The notes: generated by a model not told the origin, from the letters alone. 32,000 nucleotides of DNA from Desulfocapsa sulfexigens DSM 10523 (GCF_000341395.1 NC_020304.1:1380001-1412000); one strand, 5' to 3'; counted from the first letter of the stretch, positions 1 through 8,042 are shown. A program made the numbers and translations.

Positions 1-849
1 ACATCTTGAGAAACAGTGTGTATTATAGACCCAAATCGGTCAGCGAAAAAGACCTGCTGCTGATGCGGCAAATTGATGAGCTTCATTTGGAGCATCCATT
101 TATGGGAGCACGGATGCTCCGAGACCAATTGAACCGAGATGGTCTTTCAATTGGTCGCAAACATGTTGGAACCCTGATGAAGCGCATGGGAGTTGAGGCA
201 TTATACAGGAAACCTGGCACAAGTAAAAAGCATCCAGGTCACAAAATCTATCCCTATCTGCTGCGAGGAAAGATTATCGACCAATCCAACCAGGTTTGGG
301 CTCTGGATACGACATATATCCCAATGGCCAAGGGATTTGTCTATCTTACTGCTGTTGTTGACTGGGCAAGCCGGAAAGTATTGGCTGCTAAACTTGCAAT
401 AACCCTTGAAGCTTGCCATGCAGTTGATGTACTCAAGGAAGCCTTTACCCATCATGGCACCCCAGAAATTGTCAACACTGACCAGGGGAGTCAGTTTACC
501 GCAGAAGAGTTTGTCAAGGTAGTACAAGAGAGAGGCTGTAAGCTCAGTATGGATGGACGTGGGGCTTGGCGGGACAATGTATTCGTTGAAAGATTATGGA
601 GATCAGTAAAATACGAACGGGTCTATTTGCATGCTTATGATACAGTTAAAGAAGCTCGGAGGTCTATCATGCAGTACTTTGACTGGTATAACCGCTCAAG
701 ACCTCATTCCCAGTTAGGAAAAAGAACACCAGATGAGGCCTACAACATGATGCTACAGGCAGTTGAGAACGCAGCTTAATCAAAGGCAGAGGCTCCACTT
801 AAAAATGACAGAATACTGTTCAAACAAACTGAGCCACCTCTCTGGTCAT
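1..849 (+). mobile_element. IS3-family insertion sequence, right-hand portion. The left part lies outside the window and the right boundary is approximate.
   Basis: Contains the orfB-type transposase ending at 779. About 70 bp of non-coding tail ends in ...GGTCA (847-849), matching the TG...CA termini usual for IS3-family elements. The boundary is inferred, because the left IR is not available for comparison. Confidence 0.6.
3..779 (+). CDS. IS3-family transposase OrfB (rve / DDE integrase core), 5'-partial at the window edge
   Basis: The frame is open from the window edge. The DDE triad context is 'WALDTTYI', 'VNTDQGSQF' and 'FVERLWRSVKYE'. The C-terminal 'YNRSRPHSQLG' is typical of IS3 OrfB. 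Confidence 0.92.
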   Translation: MLRNSVYYRPKSVSEKDLLLMRQIDELHLEHPFMGARMLRDQLNRDGLSIGRKHVGTLMKRMGVEALYRKPGTSKKHPGHKIYPYLLRGKIIDQSNQVWALDTTYIPMAKGFVYLTAVVDWASRKVLAAKLAITLEACHAVDVLKEAFTHHGTPEIVNTDQGSQFTAEEFVKVVQERGCKLSMDGRGAWRDNVFVERLWRSVKYERVYLHAYDTVKEARRSIMQYFDWYNRSRPHSQLGKRTPDEAYNMMLQAVENAA

Positions 850-1291
850 ACTCTATGGAAGTATCTACAATCCATGGATGAATGTTAATAGCATCTTTCT
901 GATCCGAAAGTTTGAGCTTTGCTTGTAGATTAGCATCATTTACGATGGCCTGAGCCATTGCGTTTTCTTTCTGTCTGAGCTGCTGTGAAGCCTTTCTCAA
1001 CGTTGTGGTTCGATGGATCCAGGCATCCTGTTTAGTCTTTCTGATATATGTCGATTTTACCTCTAAGACTAGAAGATGATTATCCATATAGCAAAGGAGA
1101 TCTACTTCACCTGGATCTTTACCGTTTACCAGATCTGGCTGATAGGAATGAACCACAGCAAACCCTTTGCTTCTAAAAAGATCGCCTAAACGTGACTCGA
1201 TACGATCAGTCTCGCCTTTCCGACCTTTGCGTCGACAGCCAATTCTACGTAAATTATTGATGGCAGCGGTTGAGTTGTTCTGGGATGCCAT
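776..1291 (-). CDS. PD-(D/E)xK (NERD/Mrr-like) nuclease-domain ORF. The C-terminal ~24 codons are read from the IS3 end. It may be the C-terminal part of a frameshifted larger gene, since the frame is open up to 1540.
   Basis: The motif 'GEVDLLCYMDNHLLVLEVKS' gives D (1100-1102) and E-x-K (1055-1063) after the helix 'ESRLGDLFRSKGF'. An internal ATG at 1291 has no good SD. The same frame stays open upstream to 1540 and overlaps the end of ORF 1365-2834. Confidence 0.6.
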   Translation of the reverse strand: MASQNNSTAAINNLRRIGCRRKGRKGETDRIESRLGDLFRSKGFAVVHSYQPDLVNGKDPGEVDLLCYMDNHLLVLEVKSTYIRKTKQDAWIHRTTTLRKASQQLRQKENAMAQAIVNDANLQAKLKLSDQKDAINIHPWIVDTSIEYDQRGGSVCLNSILSFLSGASAFD

Positions 1292-1364
1292 CAACCATGG
1301 TAGCTGAAAACCATATTTCCCGAGTTTAATGATCGGATTTTCATTTAATTCAGGTGTTGGTGAG

Positions 1365-2834
1365 TTAGGTGATTTTTTTAAGAATATCGGAAAGTTCTTG
1401 AAGATCGTTAGTCCAGAAATCCAATATAGCCTCAGCCATCCTGATATCACCATCTGGATCCGAATCGGTAACCATCCATGACTTGATTCTCTGTGCTTTT
1501 TCCTTTGGTCCCGCCCATGTAAGAGGGAAACGATTCTCACCGGTTTTTAGGCCTTCTATCATAAGCTGAGAAAGAGCACTGAGCCAATGACCTGAGTCCT
1601 GCTGAAACTCTTGGAACCTTCCAATGTATGAAACATTAAAAAAAGCTGTCATGAGCTCAAGAGAGTGTATAGCCTTGAACAGGTCTACCTGCGTACCATC
1701 CGGTAATGAAATAACCGGATCCATACCGTATATCTCATCCAATTGAAGATACACCTGAATAGCCTTGATGTGCGCCAAGCGATTGGACATTTCATTTTCA
1801 GGCAATCCAGATGGTTGACTCGGCAAATCAGAATTGAAATATTGGATTACTGCCCTGTTGAACCAATAACGATGCAGTGCTGATAATTTTCTGCCATTGA
1901 AATCCCATTCTGACTCCTCAGGTATTTCAATAGGGTATAGCGTTAAATGCTCGCCATCAAATTTATAGCGGTAATCATCGTCCAGACAAAACTCAAAAAT
2001 TGTCAGGTGCAATAAATCATTACGCTTTATTACAGCAGCGACTAGCTTACTGAACACCTCAAGGTTCTTGAGGCTTAAAGAGGGAGATCCTTCTCCAGGT
2101 AACAACATTGGTATTAAATGGCACTTGAGAGATTTTGCCAAAAATCTTTCATTAAGCTTTAGATCATTCTCACCTCTTGATTTCAGCTTCCACATCAAGA
2201 GTTCACTCAAAGCATCCCAAGCGCTTTGATGCAGTTCAATCCATTCGTCGTCGATCATTGATAAATGGAATCTTTCAGGTACGAGATTCTGGAAGGTGAA
2301 TAGACTTGCGTACAAAAGATATTCGAATATTGTCAAATCATCCAGTTGCCTCTGAAGACCAGCGATAGTTTTGTCACATGAGTACAGTTCAGTATGTAAC
2401 CGTTGACAAACGATCAGAAAATCTAGGAAATCTTTATTTCCGTTGTTTGGCAATGACAAGATTTGCTTCCATGGCGGTGAATCAGGTTGAAGAAAAATTT
2501 GAGAATATCTCACACCTCGCTTCAGCGTTTCTGGAGCTTTGAGGAGTAAATCTTTAAATAGTGTTGCGTCTTCAAGGCCGTAATGGAGGGAGCGTCCTAA
2601 TGCAAATGCGACAACATCTGATGAATAAAAGGCATCAGGTAGAGTTCGCCAAAAATGACATTGCCAGAGTGCAGATGATCGAACTTGAGGGGTGTATCCT
2701 TTTTTTACCGGTTTTTCGTCAAGGTAGAGGTGGGCACATGAGTCTACAGCCTGCTCCAAAGAATTGCGGGATTTTAGAGTCTCTTCAAAATGTTTCTGAT
2801 AGGCCTGCCGGCAAAGCTCAGCCTCATTATTCAA
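1365..2834 (-). CDS. Uncharacterised protein (489 codons as tracked). Its native ATG is separated from the body by the IS4 insertion, so it is probably a pseudogene or disrupted gene.
   Basis: Long uninterrupted ORF with no P-loop, HExxH or other motif I recognise. The tracked start is a TTG inside the IS4 target duplication. With the IS removed the frame continues to ATG at 4100-4098, preceded by an in-frame TAA at 4124-4122. Confidence 0.65.
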   Translation of the reverse strand: MNNEAELCRQAYQKHFEETLKSRNSLEQAVDSCAHLYLDEKPVKKGYTPQVRSSALWQCHFWRTLPDAFYSSDVVAFALGRSLHYGLEDATLFKDLLLKAPETLKRGVRYSQIFLQPDSPPWKQILSLPNNGNKDFLDFLIVCQRLHTELYSCDKTIAGLQRQLDDLTIFEYLLYASLFTFQNLVPERFHLSMIDDEWIELHQSAWDALSELLMWKLKSRGENDLKLNERFLAKSLKCHLIPMLLPGEGSPSLSLKNLEVFSKLVAAVIKRNDLLHLTIFEFCLDDDYRYKFDGEHLTLYPIEIPEESEWDFNGRKLSALHRYWFNRAVIQYFNSDLPSQPSGLPENEMSNRLAHIKAIQVYLQLDEIYGMDPVISLPDGTQVDLFKAIHSLELMTAFFNVSYIGRFQEFQQDSGHWLSALSQLMIEGLKTGENRFPLTWAGPKEKAQRIKSWMVTDSDPDGDIRMAEAILDFWTNDLQELSDILKKIT

Positions 2835-2837
2835 AAT

Positions 2838-4088
2838 CAGTGCTGTCTCATAGTTGACTCCACAATAAAAGCTGTGGAGAAACAGGTTGCTGTTTGTCTG
2901 GCGGCCTAAAAAGATCAGTCAGTGCGCGTCGTTCAAACAGGTTAAGTTGTAAAACTCTTAGTATTTGCTGCATGGATGCACCCAATTTGGCTTTGAAATT
3001 GAGATATGCAATCAGCAGGTAGACACACAATGCTATCCAGACTTGGGTAAGTACCGCGTTTCTTGATGTACCCAAGAATGTTTTTATTTTGAGGTTTTGC
3101 TTGATCCATTTGAAGAATTGTTCGATCTGCCACCGCTCTTTGTAGATTGCCGCAATTTCAGCAGCTTTTAGATGGTGAGCATTTGTGACAAAACGGTATT
3201 CTTGACCAGTTTCCAGATCAGTATAAGCAACAAGCCGAAGTGGACCTTTAATACCCTTGAGTTTGATTTGCTGATCGTTAGTAACACCAGGACTTTTTCT
3301 ACCAGCTCGCTTAAGGAGGTATTCAACATCAGCATTGCTTTTTAATCGAGTAACGAAGAAGATCCCGTCTTTCATGAGAGAGGAATACCAGCCATAATCT
3401 GTAAATCCTCGGTCAAAGACAGCGAATGACCCTTTGGGAAGTTTGAGTGTTTCTTTTGCCCAATTGATTTCGTGGACTTTGCCATCGGTCATGTCCATAA
3501 AGGTAGGGAGATAGCCGTCTGAATCTATGCCCATATGGAGTTTGATAGCACCTTTTCTTTTACGGAATTTGGCCCAGGGGAAGACAGAAAGGCAAAGATC
3601 AATAGTTGTTGTATCAAGTAGGTACAGCTTGTTTTTGAAAGAAAACTTATGACCTGGTGTCACTAGTTGGCACTTTTCCAACAGATCAAAGAAGACAGTT
3701 TCGAAAAGAGATGCAGGCTGTTTCTCATTCACTCGTGCCAGCGTGGCCCGTGAGGTCTGTTTCATGCCGAGATGATATAAGCGACGTTGCTGTGCCTTCA
3801 AATTATCGGTGATATCACGAAGACTTTTTCTACCAGAAAGTTGTCCTATCAGCATTGCCATGAACTGGCTCCAGCGGTTATAGGACCTGAATTTCTGGCC
3901 TGAATGATGAGATTCAGCATGCTTGTCAAAATCATGTCTATTGATAAGTGAAGTAATTTGACTAAGAATTGTGTTATAATATGCCATGGCTCGGATCTCC
4001 TTGTGTTTAATGGCTTTTTGGTCGAATTCATTATAACACAAAGGGCTCTCCGAGCCTCTTTTTATTGACTAACTATGAGACAGCACTG
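2838..4088 (-). mobile_element. Complete IS4-family insertion sequence (1251 bp)
   Basis: Perfect 18-bp terminal inverted repeats: CAGTGCTGTCTCATAGTT at 2838-2855 and its reverse complement at 4071-4088. Flanked by a 9-bp direct duplication ATTCAAAAT (2829-2837 and 4089-4097). Carries a single DDE transposase ORF. Confidence 0.9.
2848..3987 (-). CDS. IS4-family DDE transposase
   Basis: ATG at 3987 with AAGGAG 9 nt upstream. The N-terminal 'MAYYNTILSQITSLI...HHSGQKFRSYNRWSQFMAML' and 'LYLLDTTTIDL', 'FDRGFTDY', 'YKERWQIEQFFKWIKQ' are typical of IS4-type (DDE_Tnp_1) transposases. The stop codon lies inside the terminal IR. Confidence 0.9.
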   Translation of the reverse strand: MAYYNTILSQITSLINRHDFDKHAESHHSGQKFRSYNRWSQFMAMLIGQLSGRKSLRDITDNLKAQQRRLYHLGMKQTSRATLARVNEKQPASLFETVFFDLLEKCQLVTPGHKFSFKNKLYLLDTTTIDLCLSVFPWAKFRKRKGAIKLHMGIDSDGYLPTFMDMTDGKVHEINWAKETLKLPKGSFAVFDRGFTDYGWYSSLMKDGIFFVTRLKSNADVEYLLKRAGRKSPGVTNDQQIKLKGIKGPLRLVAYTDLETGQEYRFVTNAHHLKAAEIAAIYKERWQIEQFFKWIKQNLKIKTFLGTSRNAVLTQVWIALCVYLLIAYLNFKAKLGASMQQILRVLQLNLFERRALTDLFRPPDKQQPVSPQLLLWSQL

Positions 4089-4295
4089 ATTCAAAATCAT
4101 TAAAATGTGGCCGCTCCAGGCTTACTCACCAGTAACTCGATTTCTTAATATATTTTTTACAGTAGGCCATCTCTCATACCGCCATTTTCTCTTTTGACAC
4201 TTGGGATCTGTACCTGCTCCACTTTTCAATAATTCTGACTTTAACGTTAAGGCTACAAAATCGGCCGAACTATCACATAACATGCGGAGATAAAG

Positions 4296-5276
4296 TCAGT
4301 TAACAACGACCTGCCAGTCAACCATTGCCAGTCTTTCTCGAATTTGCGCAAGGGTTGCCAACAGTTCTTGCTCATCAGGTAAATTACCATAAACCAGTCC
4401 ACTAAAATCATTTGTATATGTCGACTTAAGTTGTTGCCAGCAACCTTCAACATCCATAAAAATCAAAGCTTCTGCTGGGTGATGGACCAACCACTCGTTA
4501 TTGTTTCTAAAGCTCACGACATCATCTTGCGCGACCTTACAGATAAATTGCTCAAATTCACTCGAATTGAAAAATGTTTTCAGTTCACCATCCCTGAGCA
4601 TCCTATGCAAGTCATAAATATGGCGAATCTTCATTCTCAAGTCATCTATGGGATTCGCACTGTAGGAAAATCGAACCAAACTCATTATTTTCTCACACAG
4701 CGTCCTCGTCAACTCAAGGGCATATACTTGAAAGGGTAATAAGGCATATTCAGCAGCCATATCTTCCTGGCCGCGCTCAACCATCATATCGTAAATATAT
4801 GAAGATACCCGCCGAGGGCTATAAGGCTCATAATAACCAAACCATGTGGCTTCAACTACAATCACATCCCTGACTTGACCAAAAATACCCGGGCAGGTTA
4901 CAGGATAACGGTGAGCAGTCTTACGATTCATACCCATTTTTCTTGTCAAACCTTCCAGCTCAACTTCAGGCAACAAGAGATTCACGACCTGGCCAATCTT
5001 CCTTATCTTTTTTTTCAGTTGGTTGTCAGTTTCTTCTTCGTCATGCTTAACCACTAAATCAATATCTTCTGAAAAACGTTCAATAATGCCAAAACATTTC
5101 GAGAGAGCAGTCCCACCTTTAAAGACAGTATGCTCCCCAATAGAATCCTGAAAAACAGCACGTAAAACGTATGTCACCCAGTAATCTTTCTCGATAAATA
5201 TCTCTGGAATACTCAACATTTCAGACGTTGCAGTTACTGCCTGTCGGAAAAGACGTTTGTCTTCATGCAGTCTCAT
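4296..5276 (-). CDS. abiEii: AbiEii/AbiGii-family nucleotidyltransferase toxin (DUF1814)
   Basis: Hallmark motif 'FKGGTALSKCFGIIERFSEDIDL'. ATG at 5276 overlaps the upstream stop by 4 bp (ATGA). An alternative ATG lies at 5288. Confidence 0.88.
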   Translation of the reverse strand: MRLHEDKRLFRQAVTATSEMLSIPEIFIEKDYWVTYVLRAVFQDSIGEHTVFKGGTALSKCFGIIERFSEDIDLVVKHDEEETDNQLKKKIRKIGQVVNLLLPEVELEGLTRKMGMNRKTAHRYPVTCPGIFGQVRDVIVVEATWFGYYEPYSPRRVSSYIYDMMVERGQEDMAAEYALLPFQVYALELTRTLCEKIMSLVRFSYSANPIDDLRMKIRHIYDLHRMLRDGELKTFFNSSEFEQFICKVAQDDVVSFRNNNEWLVHHPAEALIFMDVEGCWQQLKSTYTNDFSGLVYGNLPDEQELLATLAQIRERLAMVDWQVVVN

Positions 5277-5998
5277 TTGATACACCACTCAGACGCTGAA
5301 GAAAACACACCAGAAACCCCTGGAATTTTATAGATTGTGATGGGATTTAACGATTTCCTTAGCTTCTCTGTAAGTCTCACTTTGCCCAAACTATCCAAGA
5401 TAACTCCAAGTAAAGCTCTCGTTGAGGGGGGATATTTTAATGCCAGCCGAACCAATACCTCCAACTCTTTTTCAGATAACTTTGACATTAAGCTCTGTAT
5501 AACCTTACAGCTCCGATCTGTTTTCGAGTCAGGTATTTTTTTTATAAACCGCAAGACATCAAGCAGCTGCAGGAGGGGGATATTTTCTCTCGTGATTGTA
5601 TTTTTCTGTTTAACAAAAGAAATACTATATTTCCCACGCTTCATTGAGGAACGAACCTCGTTCTTGCCAATCTGGATGGTATTGCTCACCTGAGTTGTCA
5701 AACCCAATGTGTTATAAATACTAAGACCAGTCAGATAACCTTCCACTCGCCCATCACGTTCAAGCAAATCCTTGACTACTTGATATTGGTTAGGTGGAAG
5801 CTCACCAAAAGGAGATTGTTCTGGCTTATAATATTTACCCTTAGCAAGTTTTGCGATTTCTCCAGACGCAGCAAGTCTATTCAAAGCTTTAATCAAGCCC
5901 TCCTTGCTCTCTACCATGTCGACAAAATCGATAAAGGTAAAGACATAACCTTTGGCGAATCTAGCCACCTTAGACCTTATGATGTCAGATATATTCAT
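5273..5998 (-). CDS. abiEi: AbiEi-like antitoxin / transcriptional regulator (DUF6088-type)
   Basis: The N-terminus 'MNISDIIRSKVARFAKGYVFTFIDFVD...ALNRLAASGEIAKLAKGKYYKP' resembles the winged-helix N-terminus of AbiEi/DUF6088 proteins. It is translationally coupled to the downstream AbiEii gene. Confidence 0.75.
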   Translation of the reverse strand: MNISDIIRSKVARFAKGYVFTFIDFVDMVESKEGLIKALNRLAASGEIAKLAKGKYYKPEQSPFGELPPNQYQVVKDLLERDGRVEGYLTGLSIYNTLGLTTQVSNTIQIGKNEVRSSMKRGKYSISFVKQKNTITRENIPLLQLLDVLRFIKKIPDSKTDRSCKVIQSLMSKLSEKELEVLVRLALKYPPSTRALLGVILDSLGKVRLTEKLRKSLNPITIYKIPGVSGVFSSASEWCIK

Positions 5999-6005
5999 AA
6001 TAAAA

Positions 6006-6057
6006 AGAATAGCACCACAAATGATTAATGTCCAGTTTTTATCGCTAAAAACTGGAC
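6006..6057 (-). promoter_or_regulatory. Putative abiE promoter with an operator-like palindrome
   Basis: On the minus strand: -35 TGGACA (6034-6029), a 17-nt spacer, -10 TATTCT (6011-6006). A palindrome with perfect 12-bp arms, GTCCAGTTTTTA-TCGC-TAAAAACTGGAC (6030-6057), overlaps the -35. There is no obvious SD before ATG 5998. Confidence 0.35.
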
Positions 6058-6087
6058 GGTTGGATGGTGATTAGTTGGTGTAGGTGA

Positions 6088-6109
6088 ATTGTTACACCAT
6101 TGTTACACC
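6088..6109. repeat. Perfect tandem duplication of the 11-mer ATTGTTACACC, with an inverted GGTGTA half-site just upstream
   Basis: ATTGTTACACC occurs at 6088-6098 and again at 6099-6109. GGTGTA, the reverse complement of TACACC, lies just before it at about 6077-6082. Confidence 0.85.
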
Positions 6110-6488
6110 AAACAAAACAAGATCATTTTCCTCCGCATTGGTGGCAAGTGGTAGGCGATTAGCCGGGGGCAAAGGCTCATAGAAATTAAGAAACTTATAA
6201 AAGACATGACATTCAATCTGAAACGGCGATGCCCAGCCTTCGGATGGTGGCATTTTGACATGACGGCATAACACAATACCGTCAAATGTTAATAACTGCA
6301 TATTCCAGACGATTCCGGCCACCGATTCCAGAGTAAACCGGCCACTCATTCCACGTGATTCCGGCCACCGATTCCATTTCATTCCGGCCAGTGATTCCAG
6401 AGGAATCCGGTCACCCCAAATAGGGAGTAGCGACGCATAGAACCAACTGGTAGAGAGTGCCTTTTTGAATAAAATTCAAGGAGGGCTC

Positions 6489-8042
6489 ATGCCGAAGAAG
6501 AGGTTATCTATGCGAAAAATTAGAGAGGTACTACGACTCAAGTATGAACTTGGGCACAGTAACCGTGAAATTTCCCGTAGCTGCGGTATTGGCAGCAGCA
6601 CGGTAAGTGACTATTTACAACGAACCAAAAGAGCAGATCTGGGTTGGCCCCTTCCTGACGACCTAAGCGACAGCAGCCTTGAACAAACCCTTTTCCCTCC
6701 ACCGCCTCCACCGGGGACAAGCCGGCTAATTCCAGATTTCTCTGAGATCCACAAAGAGCTCCAATCCAAACGAGGGGTTACCCTGAACCTGCTGTGGCAG
6801 GAATACAAAGAGCAGCATCCTGACGGCTACCAGTACAGCTGGTTCTGCCATAGTTACCGGGATTGGGCCGGCAAGCTTGATCTGGTCATGCGCCATGAAC
6901 ACCGAGCCGGTGAGAAACTGTTTGTCGACTACGCAGGCCAAACCGTCGATGTCGTTGACCAACACACCGGAGAAATCACAAAGGCTCAGGTCTTTGTTGC
7001 GGTCCTTGGTGCCAGCAACTACACCTATGCTGAGGCCACTCCCAGCCAGAAGATTGAGGATTGGATCGGTTCACATGTCCGTACATTTGCTTTCCTGGGT
7101 GGGGTTCCGGAAGTTGTCGTTCCAGATAACCTGAAAAGTGGCGTCACAAAAGCCTGCCGTTACGAACCTGACCTTAATCCCACTTATCATGATCTGGCCC
7201 GACATTATCAAACCGTGGTGCTGCCTGCAAGGGTTAGAAAACCAAGGGACAAGGCCAAGGCTGAGGCCGGTGTATTGCTGGTGGAACGCTGGATTCTGGC
7301 AAAACTCCGTAAACATACTTTCTTCAACATTGACGATCTCAATCGCGAAATAGGCAAACTCCTTGAGCAACTGAACAACAAGCCTTTCAAGAAGTTATCC
7401 GGCAGCCGTAAAAGTCGCTTTGAAGAACTGGACAAACCTGCCCTGAAACAACTTCCAGCCAGCCCTTATGAATTATCCTACTGGAAAAAGGCCACTGTAC
7501 ATATCGACTATCATGTGGAGGTCGAGGGACATTACTATTCCGTTCCATATAACCTGGTCAAAAAACAGATTGAGGTGCGCTATACCAAAAGCACGGTTGA
7601 GTGTTACTTTCGTGGTAAACGGGTGGCCAGTCACATCCGGGAGAATCAACGAGGGCACCACACTACCGTCAAAGAGCATATGCCTGTCAACCACCGAAAG
7701 TACATGGAGTGGAATCCGGACAGGTTCAAGCGCTGGGCTGCCAAGGTCGGGCCGGAGACACTCTGCCTCACAGAGACGCTTCTTGTAAAAAGAGCTCACC
7801 CACAACAGGCCTATCGCACTTTGCTGGGCATTCTCCGTCTTGGCAAAGCCTATGGAGATTCACGCCTTGAGGCAGCATGCCATCGGGCCCTGCATATCAA
7901 CGCCCTTTCTTACCGCTCAGTGGAATCCATACTCAAAAGCGGCCTTGATCAGAAGCCACTACCGAAGCCGGCTACAGAGGACAAGCCGGTTAATCACGCA
8001 AATATCCGTGGCTCTCAGTATTATTCTCCCTCAACCCACTAA
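6489..8042 (+). CDS. istA: IS21-family transposase IstA
   Basis: ATG at 6489 preceded by AAGGAGG. N-terminal HTH 'REISRSCGIGSSTVSDYL' and a DDE core region 'LFVDYAG...'. The gene order with istB supports the call. Confidence 0.92.
   Translation: MPKKRLSMRKIREVLRLKYELGHSNREISRSCGIGSSTVSDYLQRTKRADLGWPLPDDLSDSSLEQTLFPPPPPPGTSRLIPDFSEIHKELQSKRGVTLNLLWQEYKEQHPDGYQYSWFCHSYRDWAGKLDLVMRHEHRAGEKLFVDYAGQTVDVVDQHTGEITKAQVFVAVLGASNYTYAEATPSQKIEDWIGSHVRTFAFLGGVPEVVVPDNLKSGVTKACRYEPDLNPTYHDLARHYQTVVLPARVRKPRDKAKAEAGVLLVERWILAKLRKHTFFNIDDLNREIGKLLEQLNNKPFKKLSGSRKSRFEELDKPALKQLPASPYELSYWKKATVHIDYHVEVEGHYYSVPYNLVKKQIEVRYTKSTVECYFRGKRVASHIRENQRGHHTTVKEHMPVNHRKYMEWNPDRFKRWAAKVGPETLCLTETLLVKRAHPQQAYRTLLGILRLGKAYGDSRLEAACHRALHINALSYRSVESILKSGLDQKPLPKPATEDKPVNHANIRGSQYYSPSTH

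Noticed and set aside
1365-2834. A HEPN-like Rx4-6H motif ('RKLSALH') in the 489-aa unknown protein
   Set aside because: A single loose match lacking the usual R(N/H/D)xxxH context. It is insufficient to call a HEPN RNase domain.
6311-6412. A cluster of ~20-bp repeats (GATTCCGGCCACCGATTCCA-like), mirrored at 8853-8934, that could superficially look like a small CRISPR or iteron array
   Set aside because: The copies are inverted between the two ends of the istA/istB unit and lie inside its terminal regions. They are the multiple sub-terminal transposase-binding repeats typical of IS21-family elements. There are no regular spacers.
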